Assembly: GCA_041675085.1 (NCBI GenBank)
Contig: JBAYUN010000003.1
Span: 28,798-92,797 of the forward strand
Direction of reading: 5' to 3'
DNA: 64,000 nt
Source of the DNA: Minisyncoccota bacterium
Lineage (GTDB): Bacteria > Patescibacteriota > Minisyncoccia > Phycocordibacterales > UBA9973
The notes below the pieces were generated by a model. That model worked only from the letters and a program-made list of their open reading frames with translations, had not been told where the DNA came from and did no database searches. Below, piece by piece: positions 50,092-59,136 of the stretch (positions within the stretch are counted from its first letter, which is position 1; the number at the start of each line of letters is the position of its first letter). A program made the translations under genes and the position numbers.

Positions 50092-50158
50092 AATAATACA
50101 ATAGTTTTTTGGCATTAAGTCATAAGGAGAATGCTCTTAAAAAACTATTTGCATTATT
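50092..50158. repeat. hairpin repeat, copy 2 (family B)
   Basis: AATAGTTTTTTGGCATT-AAGTCATAAGGAG-AATGCTCTTAAAAAACTATT with an extended stem. Confidence 0.75.
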
Positions 50159-50244
50159 TTCTCTATAAAGGATTGCTAAAATTCTATTTTTATTGTAGGA
50201 TTATTTTGATATAAAATAGTTCATCATATTAAAACAGAATAAAA

Positions 50245-50925
50245 ATGGAAGTTAATGGCAGTCCTACCCCAGAAGGATTTGAGTGGTTTGCTCTTGAAAT
50301 GCAAGCGTTAGGGTTCACTAAAATCGGAGGGAAAAAAATTCGTCAAGATTTTACAAGACTTGATCTTCAAACAAGGATTCGAAAAATCCAAGGTTATGAA
50401 ACCGGTTTTCAGTATTCAAATGGAACCTATGCAGTGAAAGTTTGGACAACTTTTCTTGAAAAAGAAAATAAGCTCCGAGACAAGGGGACTGATGCTGGAT
50501 GGGTTATTATCACAAAAGGTGATGTTTTGATTTATTGCGCTCAGTATTTTACGAGAAAAAATAAGAATTTTTTTGTAGACATGAAGGAATACGCCCGAAT
50601 CAATAAAAAGAAAATTGATGGCAATCCTCTTTGCCCTTGCAAAAAATGTGAACGTGAGATGGAAATTCACCGTAAAAAAGGAAGTCGTCAGTATTTCTGG
50701 ATTTGTATAAATCCAGAAAAACACTCAAAACCAGAATACTTGTCTTGGGATTATGGTTTATCGGAAGAAGATAAAAAATTCTTGGAAATAAGGAGACAAA
50801 ATACAGCTTCTTATAAAAAGAAAAATCAAAAAGCAAAAGAAGAGTCAGGAAAAGAAATTCCTACTCCTAAAGCTACCACAAGGAAAGTCCGTGAGGTCGG
50901 CAGACCAGACAACTTAAAAAAATGA
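50245..50925 (+). CDS. hypothetical basic protein with zinc-ribbon-like motif (stand-alone)
   Basis: CPCKKC..EM...FWIC....H motif; promoter TTGCTA-17-TAGGAT at 50173-50201; terminator at 50956-50981. Confidence 0.7.
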   Translation: MEVNGSPTPEGFEWFALEMQALGFTKIGGKKIRQDFTRLDLQTRIRKIQGYETGFQYSNGTYAVKVWTTFLEKENKLRDKGTDAGWVIITKGDVLIYCAQYFTRKNKNFFVDMKEYARINKKKIDGNPLCPCKKCEREMEIHRKKGSRQYFWICINPEKHSKPEYLSWDYGLSEEDKKFLEIRRQNTASYKKKNQKAKEESGKEIPTPKATTRKVREVGRPDNLKK

Positions 50926-51057
50926 AAATAGTTTTCTCTCTGTAAAAAAGAGAATAAGTCCCATACCGTTGGGACTTTTTTATTTTTATTTTTATCTCAA
51001 ATTATTTCATTATTTTTTAATCAAGATTAATATTTCTATTTGCTGTATAATACAAGC

Positions 51058-51381
51058 ATGATAAATACTTTTACAACAGGTTGGGGACTCGTCGTCGCTA
51101 TGTATCTCCTTGCGGGGATTTTCGGACTTTTATATCGAGCAATTCTCAAAAAATTAGCAAAGAATGCCGTCGTCGGAAAAGTTGGACGCGGTAGTAAAAA
51201 TATAGGTAAAGGCGACCGCCTGTTGAGACTCTTGATAGGAGTAGGGTTATTAGCATGGGCAGTAATGACCTCATGGAGCCCAATCCTCTTATTCTTCTCC
51301 GGATTCGCAATATTTGAAGCATTATTCAGCTGGTGTGGCTTTTATGCAGCAATAGGGAAAACTACTTGCCCTGTGGAATAG
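51058..51381 (+). CDS. DUF2892 (YgaP-like) membrane protein
   Basis: KNIG..DR.LR..IG....WC..Y..IG..TCP pattern. Confidence 0.75.
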   Translation: MINTFTTGWGLVVAMYLLAGIFGLLYRAILKKLAKNAVVGKVGRGSKNIGKGDRLLRLLIGVGLLAWAVMTSWSPILLFFSGFAIFEALFSWCGFYAAIGKTTCPVE

Positions 51382-51419
51382 ATTGCTTTTATATTTTAAA
51401 AATATGCTAAAATATTAGT

Positions 51420-52376
51420 ATGACTAGAAGCGAAATTATAGAAAAACTCAAAACTGATTTTGACCTACATGATATCTATATTCAGCATGTTTTAAGACAT
51501 GCAAAAAATAATTTTAATTATGAAAATCTAAAAAATATTATCGACTCAAAACCGAAACCTTTTGTAAAGTGGGTCGGAGGCAAGAGGCAACTCCTAAAGC
51601 AATTTAAAAAAATGAACTTGTATCCTCCTTTTGGATTTGATGCAAATAAGAATACTTACTTTGAACCGTTTGTCGGAGGTGGAGCTGTATTCTTTGACCT
51701 GCTACCCAAAAAAGCTTTCTTGTCGGATTTGAATTCTGATTTAGTGATTACTTATAACGTAATTAAAAATAATATCGATGCTTTGATAAAATCTTTAAAA
51801 AAGCATGAATACGAAAAAGATTATTTCTTGAAAGTTAGAGCTAAAAATCCGAAAGAACTTTCTGATTTAGAAATAGCTTCAAGATTTATTTTCTTAAACC
51901 GTACTTGTTTCAACGGCATGTATAGAGTAAATAGTAGTGGGCAGTTCAACGTACCTTTCGGGAAATATACCAATCCTTTGATTTGTGACGAAGATAATTT
52001 GAGAAAAGTTTCTAAAGCGTTAGAGAACGTAGAAATCAAACACCAAGACTATAAAGCGGTCTTAAAGAAAGCAAAGAAAGGGGACTTTATATACTTTGAT
52101 CCACCATATTATCCAATAAGTAAAACTGCATCTTTCACTACATATACTACAGAAGCATTCTTAGATAAAGAGCAAATAGAACTAAGAGATACATTTTTAG
52201 AACTTCATAAAAGAGGTTGTTTTGTTATGCTTTCAAATTCAGATGCACCTTTTATTAATAAAATTTATACAGGATTTAAAGGAGTGAAAATAAACAAAGT
52301 AGAAGCTGGTCGCGCAATCAATTCAGATTCTTCCAAGAGAGGAAAAATCACGGAAGTATTAATAACTAATTATTAA
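51420..52376 (+). CDS. Dam-family (D12 class) adenine DNA methyltransferase
   Basis: KWVGGKRQL, EPFVGGGAV, FNGMYRVN..G.FNVP.G and YFDPPY motifs. Confidence 0.95.
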   Translation: MTRSEIIEKLKTDFDLHDIYIQHVLRHAKNNFNYENLKNIIDSKPKPFVKWVGGKRQLLKQFKKMNLYPPFGFDANKNTYFEPFVGGGAVFFDLLPKKAFLSDLNSDLVITYNVIKNNIDALIKSLKKHEYEKDYFLKVRAKNPKELSDLEIASRFIFLNRTCFNGMYRVNSSGQFNVPFGKYTNPLICDEDNLRKVSKALENVEIKHQDYKAVLKKAKKGDFIYFDPPYYPISKTASFTTYTTEAFLDKEQIELRDTFLELHKRGCFVMLSNSDAPFINKIYTGFKGVKINKVEAGRAINSDSSKRGKITEVLITNY

Positions 52377-52381
52377 GATTT

Positions 52382-53641
52382 ATGGCTAATAATGGAAAAA
52401 TAGAATTTTCTTGTTTATGTTTCGATAAAGATAATCAATGTGTTTTTGGGGATGATCCTTCTCGTTTGGCGATGTCTTTAAAAAGTAACATATTGTTGTT
52501 TCCTAAAAATACAACTATTACTGATCACGACAATACTAAAACTTTAATAAAAGATAATGATAATGGCTTAGTTTTGAGTGTAATAAAATTATCTGGTTCT
52601 AATTTTCTAGATTATACAGCGGTTTTTTATCTTAAATGTGAAATAATTGGAAATGAAAAAAATATCTCTTATTTAGATAAATTTCGATTGAACATTGTTA
52701 ATTATTTAGTTGAACAAAAACTAGGTAAAATTTATGTAACCACAGATGAACTTTCATCAATGCTTTTGAATGAGCTTTATATCAAAATGAATAAAGTTGA
52801 AAATTTATTAAGGTCTTATATAACAAAACATTTTTCCATGACAGAAGGTGTTAGTTATTGGTTTAACAACGTCCTTGACAATGAAGTTAAAAATAAAACA
52901 GGGAAAAGAAAAGGTAATGAAGATGTGTTTTCAACAATAGTCGAGGAAAATGATAAAAAGGGTTTTGTTGTAGATACTAGGATGTATTTAATTGATTTCG
53001 AAGACTTGGGGAATATTATTTATGCTAACTCTTTTGGCAATTTAAAAATTGAAGATTTGGTTACAAGAATTGAAAATTCTGAAGATCTGGATGATTTAAA
53101 ATTAGCAGTTAAAAATAATATAGAAAGATATTTTCAAAGCTTTAAAGATGTAAGATTTCAGGAGAAATGGGATTTTTTAAAAAATATAAGACATAAAATT
53201 GCTCATAATGGACTTATTTCAATTGAACAAAAAACAAAAGCTGATCTGTATTTAAATGAATTGATTAATTTTATGACTGAAAAAGATACAGAAACAATTG
53301 GCAAAATATCAGATGTTGATATTTTTATAGATATAGAAAAGCGTGAGTATTCTTATATTGACTTTCATCATAAAGAAATAACAAAAAATGAATTAATACT
53401 TGAGCTTTCAAATTATCAAAAATGGTCAAAAAGCATAGGGAGAGATTTTCTAGGATTAAAAAACTTTCTTTTTAATCGTTTAGGAGGTATGGATTTCCAT
53501 ATTGGAAAAGCATGGGATAAGCTTGAAGAATTAGAACAAGACGGATATATTCAAATTTATGAATGGAAAGATCCTAAAGGTATATATACAGACCAAAAAG
53601 CAATAAAAATCTTGAAAGATTTACCAATTTATTCTGTTTAA
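52382..53641 (+). CDS. HEPN-domain protein (Swt1-like), putative RNase
   Basis: LY...N.VEN.LR.YI helix and an RxxxxH motif (IRHKIAHN); very AT-rich. Confidence 0.65.
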   Translation: MANNGKIEFSCLCFDKDNQCVFGDDPSRLAMSLKSNILLFPKNTTITDHDNTKTLIKDNDNGLVLSVIKLSGSNFLDYTAVFYLKCEIIGNEKNISYLDKFRLNIVNYLVEQKLGKIYVTTDELSSMLLNELYIKMNKVENLLRSYITKHFSMTEGVSYWFNNVLDNEVKNKTGKRKGNEDVFSTIVEENDKKGFVVDTRMYLIDFEDLGNIIYANSFGNLKIEDLVTRIENSEDLDDLKLAVKNNIERYFQSFKDVRFQEKWDFLKNIRHKIAHNGLISIEQKTKADLYLNELINFMTEKDTETIGKISDVDIFIDIEKREYSYIDFHHKEITKNELILELSNYQKWSKSIGRDFLGLKNFLFNRLGGMDFHIGKAWDKLEELEQDGYIQIYEWKDPKGIYTDQKAIKILKDLPIYSV

Positions 53642-53645
53642 AAAT

Positions 53646-54404
53646 ATGGCAAACAATAATTCTTGGAAAAAAATATTTGATGATTATAAAATTTTGAAAC
53701 ACGACTTTTCAAAAGCACCTTTTTATTTGTCTGCAAAAGATATAAAAAAATCCGTTCAAGATTTTAAAGGTACAACCGAAAAAGAAGTTCGTATATTGTG
53801 CAAAATGGATACAAGAGAAAGTGTTCCAGAAGTAATGAGGGAAAGGGGCTTGATTTTGTTACCAGTTAAAAACGGTTATTATGTAATTTTGAAGGGAGAA
53901 GGATATATTGATATACCTGACATAAAAAATGATGCTGAAATATACAATACTAAATTAGATTTTGATTTGGATACTGTAAAAATTGGTAACTCTGAAATGC
54001 AACATTTAGATTTTGCTTATGCTTCAAGTTTGATTAGAACATTTATGGAAGATCCGACACTTGTTTTAACTATTCGTGGTAGAAAATATACACCTGAATT
54101 TAGTTTTAAAATTGGTAAGCATCTTATCGAAACAGAAAGTGTGCAAACTGAAGTTGATGCGGGTTATGAAGGTAAAAATCAAATAGTTTTAATTGAAGCA
54201 AAGAATTCAAAAACAAAAAATACAATCATTAGGCAATTATATTATCCTTATAGACAATGGTCAGAATATACAAAGAAAAAAGTTGTTTTATTGTTTTTTG
54301 AGAAAAGAATTGATGAATATTTAATTTGGCAATATGAATTTTCCAACAAAGATAATTATGACTCAATAAAATTAGTTAAATCAAAAAAATATAAAATAGT
54401 TTAA
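53646..54404 (+). CDS. putative type II restriction endonuclease (PD-(D/E)XK)
   Basis: QTEVDAGYEG...LIEAKN...IRQLYYPYR.W motif; located between two MTases. Confidence 0.75.
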   Translation: MANNNSWKKIFDDYKILKHDFSKAPFYLSAKDIKKSVQDFKGTTEKEVRILCKMDTRESVPEVMRERGLILLPVKNGYYVILKGEGYIDIPDIKNDAEIYNTKLDFDLDTVKIGNSEMQHLDFAYASSLIRTFMEDPTLVLTIRGRKYTPEFSFKIGKHLIETESVQTEVDAGYEGKNQIVLIEAKNSKTKNTIIRQLYYPYRQWSEYTKKKVVLLFFEKRIDEYLIWQYEFSNKDNYDSIKLVKSKKYKIV

Positions 54405-55156
54405 TGTCACAAAAAGAATTAAAACTTCATCCCGAGAATTTTGAAATGGAGTGCACAAGCGTTTGGGCTTTTCCTAGGCGTGGGAATTGGGCTACTCATA
54501 CTTCGGATTGGAGAGGGAATTGGTCGCCTGAAGTTGTGCGTAATATAATTCTACGATATTCAAAAGAAGGGGAGCATTTGCTTGACTGCATGATAGGAGG
54601 CGGTACGACAGCGATAGAAGCCAAAATTCTAAATAGACATATAACTTGCCTAGATATCAACGAAGAAGCCCTAGAGAGAACTAAACGAGTTTTAAACTTT
54701 GAAAGTGATAACAAAGCCAAGCAGAGAGTCTTGAAATGTGATGCTCGGAACATGACTTGTATTAAAGATGGTGAGATAGATTTAGTCTTAACTCATCCAC
54801 CTTATGCAGATATTATTAAATATAGCGAAGGTCAGATTTTAGAAGACTTATCTAATATTCATGATATTGATAAATTTTGTGATGAAATAGAACAAGTAGC
54901 TAGAGAGCTTTTTAGAGTTTTAAAGAAAGGAAAATATTGTGCTATTTTGATAGGAGATACAAGGAGAAATAAAATGTATCAACCTTTGGCTTTTAAGGTT
55001 ATGGAAAAGTTTTTGAAAGCAGGTTTTGTTTTAAAAGAAGATATAATCAAAAGACAATTTAATTGCAAAGCGACAGGGTTCTGGGTAAACAAATCCAAAG
55101 AAGCAAATTTCTTATTAATAATGCATGAACATTTATTTATTTTTCAGAAAGTTTAG
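54404..55156 (+). CDS. amino (N4-C/N6-A) DNA methyltransferase
   Basis: Motif I LLDCMIGGGTT followed by motif IV THPPY; translationally coupled to the nuclease (TAATG). Confidence 0.85.
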   Translation: MSQKELKLHPENFEMECTSVWAFPRRGNWATHTSDWRGNWSPEVVRNIILRYSKEGEHLLDCMIGGGTTAIEAKILNRHITCLDINEEALERTKRVLNFESDNKAKQRVLKCDARNMTCIKDGEIDLVLTHPPYADIIKYSEGQILEDLSNIHDIDKFCDEIEQVARELFRVLKKGKYCAILIGDTRRNKMYQPLAFKVMEKFLKAGFVLKEDIIKRQFNCKATGFWVNKSKEANFLLIMHEHLFIFQKV

Positions 55157-55212
55157 TATAATAAATTCTGATAAATATATGTTATAATAAAAAAGTGCTA
55201 CTATTAAATAGT

Positions 55213-55369
55213 TTAATCAAGAGTGGTGGTAGAGAATTGGCTCAGTAACCCCACAGCAACCTACAAATGTAAGGTGCTAAATCCAACCAGGTGCGAAAGC
55301 ATCAGGAAAGATATGTCTCGCGTCTAGTCCACGAGAGAAAAATCTTTCCTCTTATTAGAGGAATTTTTT
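55213..55369 (+). promoter_or_regulatory. SAM-I (S-box) riboswitch with terminator, copy 2
   Basis: ATCAAGAG.GGTGG.AGAGAATTGGCTC...CAGCAACC...AAGGTGCTAAATCC...GAAAGAT core; terminator TTCCTCT..AGAGGAA-T6. Confidence 0.9.
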
Positions 55370-55376
55370 ATTTATT

Positions 55377-56312
55377 ATGAAGAAAACAGCAGAATTTGTT
55401 AGTCCAATGCATCCAGATAAAATCTGTGATCATATCGCAGATACTATACTCGATGCATATTTAGAAGGAGATAAAAATAGTCGTTGCGCTATAGAGGTTA
55501 TGGGTGGTCATAATCTGATTACTATCAATGGAGAAATCACCTCTAAAACAGAAGTTAACATTGAAGAGATTGTTAAAAATATCGTTGGTGAGAATTATAA
55601 AGTTTTATCAAATATTGCTTTGCAGAGTACGGAGATAGCGGCGGGTGTAGATACTGGCGGTGCGGGTGATCAAGGAATCATGAAAGGTTATGCGACTCGG
55701 GAGACCGATAATTTTATGCCATTAGAATATGAACTTGCGAGAAATCTTTGTCAGAAAATATTTGAGATATATCCTTATGACGGTAAGACTCAGGTCACGA
55801 CAGAAGATGGGCAGGTCAAAGTAGTTGTGGTGAGTTTTCAGAATTCTAAAAATATTGAACTTTTAGAATTAGTAAAAAGTATTATTCCTGCTGAAGAATA
55901 TCTGATCAATCCAGCTGGAGAATGGGTGCAGGGAGGATTTGATTCAGATACTGGTCTTTCAGGAAGAAAATTAATAGTAGATAACTATGGACCAGAAGTT
56001 GCTATTGGTGGTGGGTCTTTCTCAGGCAAGGATTATACTAAGGTAGATAGAAGTGGAGCATATATGGCTCGCAAGGTTGCCGTAGATCTGCTTAAAAAAT
56101 ATAAAGCTAAAGAGGTACATATAAAACTTGCATATGCTATAGGAAAAGCAGAACCAGTAATGGCTGTGGCTAATATTGATGGCATTGAAATAGAAATCAC
56201 AGGATATGATTTAACACCTAAAGGAATATTTGATTATTTAAAATTAAGTAAAATAAAATTTTCTAAAACTTCTAATTGGGGTCATTTTGGAAGAGGTTTT
56301 TCTTGGAATTAA
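55377..56312 (+). CDS. metK: S-adenosylmethionine synthetase, compact form, copy 2
   Basis: Same motifs and length (311 aa) as 47561-48496. Confidence 0.95.
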   Translation: MKKTAEFVSPMHPDKICDHIADTILDAYLEGDKNSRCAIEVMGGHNLITINGEITSKTEVNIEEIVKNIVGENYKVLSNIALQSTEIAAGVDTGGAGDQGIMKGYATRETDNFMPLEYELARNLCQKIFEIYPYDGKTQVTTEDGQVKVVVVSFQNSKNIELLELVKSIIPAEEYLINPAGEWVQGGFDSDTGLSGRKLIVDNYGPEVAIGGGSFSGKDYTKVDRSGAYMARKVAVDLLKKYKAKEVHIKLAYAIGKAEPVMAVANIDGIEIEITGYDLTPKGIFDYLKLSKIKFSKTSNWGHFGRGFSWN

Positions 56313-56398
56313 TATATGAAAACATTAAACTTTAAAATGATAGCTTAGATATCTGTTTGAGTTATACAAGCCTTAACATTAAATGTTATAATAATTCT

Positions 56399-56827
56399 AT
56401 GCAAATAAGATGCCGAGGGATAATTTTAGATAAGGAGGGGAAGATGCTTGCCGTTCGACATGGGGCGGATTTTGATTATTATGCTTTGCCTGGAGGGAAA
56501 TTGGATGACGGGGAGAATCCTTTGGTTTGTATCAAGCGGGAAATATTTGAAGAATTTGGAGTAGAAATACAAGTAGAGAATACTAAACTTCTTTATGTTC
56601 ATAATTGGAAGAACAAAGAAGACGGAGTTGAAAATTTGGAATTCATATTTTTGATAAAAGATAATGGAGAATTCATGAATCTAGAAGAAAAAAAGGGAAG
56701 TCATGCTTTTGAAATATTTGAAATCAAATGGATAGATCGGAATACAGAAATAAATCTCTTGCCAAAGCAGGTCCTAATAGATTATAAAAAAGGCTTCTCG
56801 GATGAGGTAGTATTCTTGTCAGTCTAG
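56399..56827 (+). CDS. NUDIX hydrolase
   Basis: LPGG.LD.GE....IKREI.EE.G Nudix box. Start moved to the ATG at 56399. Confidence 0.88.
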   Translation: MQIRCRGIILDKEGKMLAVRHGADFDYYALPGGKLDDGENPLVCIKREIFEEFGVEIQVENTKLLYVHNWKNKEDGVENLEFIFLIKDNGEFMNLEEKKGSHAFEIFEIKWIDRNTEINLLPKQVLIDYKKGFSDEVVFLSV

Positions 56828-56841
56828 AATTATAAATACAT

Positions 56842-57303
56842 ATGAACTACTGGCTAATTAAAAGTGAAATGGAGTGTTATGGGATTGATGACTTGAAGAA
56901 GGATAAGAAGACTTTTTGGTCTGGGGTGCGGAATTACCAAGCGAGGAATTTTATGATGAAGGGGATGGAGATTGGGGACGGGGTACTCTTTTACCATTCC
57001 AACGGTACGAAAGAAAATCCGGCGGGGGTTTACGGACTAGCAAAAGTGGCGAGTAAGGCGCGTGCGGACGAGACGCAGTTTGATAAAAAGGATGAACATT
57101 ATGATAAGAAAGCTACTAAGGAAAGGCCGATATGGTACTCTGTTGATATGGCATTTGTAAAAAAGTTTGAAGAGCCGGTATCTCTTTCAGAAATTAAAAT
57201 TGATCCAGCATTCGCCGGCATGCCACTCCTCGCCCGAGGGCAACGCCTTTCTGTGATGCCCGTTTCCAAAAAGCATTTTGAGCATATCGTTACTCGAGCT
57301 TGA
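56842..57303 (+). CDS. EVE domain protein
   Basis: YWLIKSE, W.GVRNYQARN, GD.VLFYHS and RLSV.PV motifs. Confidence 0.93.
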   Translation: MNYWLIKSEMECYGIDDLKKDKKTFWSGVRNYQARNFMMKGMEIGDGVLFYHSNGTKENPAGVYGLAKVASKARADETQFDKKDEHYDKKATKERPIWYSVDMAFVKKFEEPVSLSEIKIDPAFAGMPLLARGQRLSVMPVSKKHFEHIVTRA

Positions 57304-57334
57304 GCAAAAAAAGTAGAATAATATTACAAAAAAT

Positions 57335-57364
57335 AAAGACCTTCATTTTTTTTTGAAGGTCTTT
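57335..57364. terminator. bidirectional terminator
   Basis: AAAGACCTTCA..TGAAGGTCTTT between convergent genes. Confidence 0.7.
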
Positions 57365-57379
57365 TGATGTAAGAAGAAA

Positions 57380-57601
57380 TTATTTCTTCTTCTTGTTTGA
57401 TTTTTTGATTGAGGTGTATTTCACCTCCATGCCTTTTGGGCGTTTGGATTTTTTTACTCCGCAACTTGCGCTGCGGTTTTTAGCTATACCAGAGTTTGAG
57501 TACTTCTTACTCCACTCATAGCTCCCTGGTTGGGGAGTGCTACAGCTTGAGAAAAATAAACAACCAAAACCCAATACGATATAAAGAACAAACTTTTTCA
57601 T
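57380..57601 (-). CDS. small basic lipoprotein-like ORFan
   Basis: MKK + hydrophobic stretch + FSSC lipobox-like; promoter TTGACT-17-TATAAT at 57666-57638. Confidence 0.6.
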   Translation of the reverse strand: MKKFVLYIVLGFGCLFFSSCSTPQPGSYEWSKKYSNSGIAKNRSASCGVKKSKRPKGMEVKYTSIKKSNKKKK

Positions 57602-57813
57602 GAATAAAGAATTTAGTGTGTGAAGAAATCTGTGTATATTATATCATAGATATATCTAAAAGTCAAGTATACGTGATGGTTCAATACCTTGGAATCACCT
57701 CAAATCATTAAATATATTAGGATTTAGGCCTAATATCGTTAAAATCTGTTAAATATTATTGTTTTTAACGATATTGCTTGACTTTATCAGCAATATTTAA
57801 TATAATCTTATAT

Positions 57814-58695
57814 ATGGCAAATACATTCAAGGCATATAAACAAATACAAGAACTACGGGAAAGGTATTATAAAGCCCTTGTTGGCAAAGAATCTCTTGTA
57901 AAAATGATTTCTGAAGCTGAAATTTCAGAGCAAGTTTATAACTCAAATGCTATTGAGAATAGTACTTTGTCTTTAGATGAAACAGATAAAATCCTACTTC
58001 AAATAGACCTTGATAGATATATATCCGAGAGAGAGATTTTTGAAGCTAAAAACCTAGCTCGAGTCGTAAGTTATATTGAAACTAAATCTAAAGCTAGTGA
58101 ATTAGATTTTGCAATTATTCTATCTTTGCATAAAATGTTAATCTCAAATATTAGAGATGAAATAGCAGGAAGATTTAGAAAAGAAGGTGAATGGGTTCGT
58201 GTGGGCGATCATATAGCTCCAGATCCTTTAGAAGTTGAAAACTTATTGCAAAAAGTTTTAACTGAATATAATGGAAATTCTAAAGAATCCATTGTAAAAA
58301 AAATTGCAAGATTTCACTTGGGTTTTGAATACGTGCATCCTTTTTGTGATGGCAATGGGCGTATCGGTAGAGTGTTAAATAATTACCTTTTGATTCGTGG
58401 AGGTTACGTACCTATAAATATTAAATTTATTGATAGAGCTATGTATTATGATGCTTTCCGTGAATTTCAAAAAAAAGGTACTACAAAAATAATGGAGATA
58501 ATAGTGCTTAAAGCTTTAACTAATAGTTATCATAAAAGATTAGCTTATTTAGAAAATAAATTAATTATTAATTTATCTGATTATGCTAAAAGAAATAAAA
58601 TTTCGCATGCAAATCTAATTAATAAAGCAAAAAGGCAAACTATCGAAGCTTTTATGGAGAGAGGTATTTGGAAAATTGGTGTAGATAAAAATTAA
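57814..58695 (+). CDS. Fic-domain protein
   Basis: HPFCDGNGRIGR catalytic motif; N-terminal SNAIEN inhibitory-type motif; TTGACT-17-TATAAT promoter at 57778-57806. Confidence 0.92.
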   Translation: MANTFKAYKQIQELRERYYKALVGKESLVKMISEAEISEQVYNSNAIENSTLSLDETDKILLQIDLDRYISEREIFEAKNLARVVSYIETKSKASELDFAIILSLHKMLISNIRDEIAGRFRKEGEWVRVGDHIAPDPLEVENLLQKVLTEYNGNSKESIVKKIARFHLGFEYVHPFCDGNGRIGRVLNNYLLIRGGYVPINIKFIDRAMYYDAFREFQKKGTTKIMEIIVLKALTNSYHKRLAYLENKLIINLSDYAKRNKISHANLINKAKRQTIEAFMERGIWKIGVDKN

Positions 58696-58950
58696 ATGCA
58701 AAGCTTTAGAGAAAAAGTTTTAGATATTGTGAAAAATATCCCTCGGGGGAAAGTTATGACTTATAAGGAAGTCGCGCTAAAGGCGGGGAGTGGGCGCGCT
58801 TCGCGGGCTGTAGGCTCGATACTAAAAATGAATTATGATAAAAATATACCTTGTCATAGAGTGATCAGAAGTGACGGGCAAACGGGCGAATACAATAGAG
58901 GCAGAGAAAATAAAATCAAATTACTTAAACAAGAAGGTGCTATTTTGTAG
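58696..58950 (+). CDS. MGMT-family (O6-alkylguanine alkyltransferase) single-domain protein
   Basis: IP.GKV.TY..VA, RAVG and IPCHRVI motifs. Confidence 0.9.
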   Translation: MQSFREKVLDIVKNIPRGKVMTYKEVALKAGSGRASRAVGSILKMNYDKNIPCHRVIRSDGQTGEYNRGRENKIKLLKQEGAIL

Positions 58951-59049
58951 CAGTTGACAATGAGTTGACAATAAAAACCATTTAGTTGTCGATGAGTTTA
59001 CAAGAGTGTTTTTTTTTGAAATATAAGTTATTTCTGGTATATTAAGAGA

Positions 59050-59112
59050 ATGTCACTATCAATAGGCCCCAGTACTAAAGCATAGTTTAGTGCGGGGTAA
59101 AAATCGTAGGAC
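59050..59112 (+). pseudogene. relic duplicate of the ychF 5' end interrupted by a palindrome
   Basis: ATG TCA CTA TCA ATA GGC (MSLSIG) + 35-nt insert + ATC GTA GGA C (IVG); matches the ychF start MSLSIGIVGL. Confidence 0.75.
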
Positions 59113-59136
59113 AATTATTATTTTATATTTACTATT

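Noticed and set aside
49395-50150. preQ1-I riboswitch suggested by the CTCT..AAAAACTA tails
   Set aside because: The A-tract pairs with an upstream T-tract, the preQ1 loop consensus is missing, and there are no queuosine-related genes downstream.
49368-50158. Classical integron
   Set aside because: No tyrosine integrase, and the hairpins lack the RYYYAAC/GTTRRRY attC ends.
57673-57698. tRNA fragment (GGTTCAATACC resembles a T-arm)
   Set aside because: No cloverleaf, D-arm or acceptor stem can be built around it.
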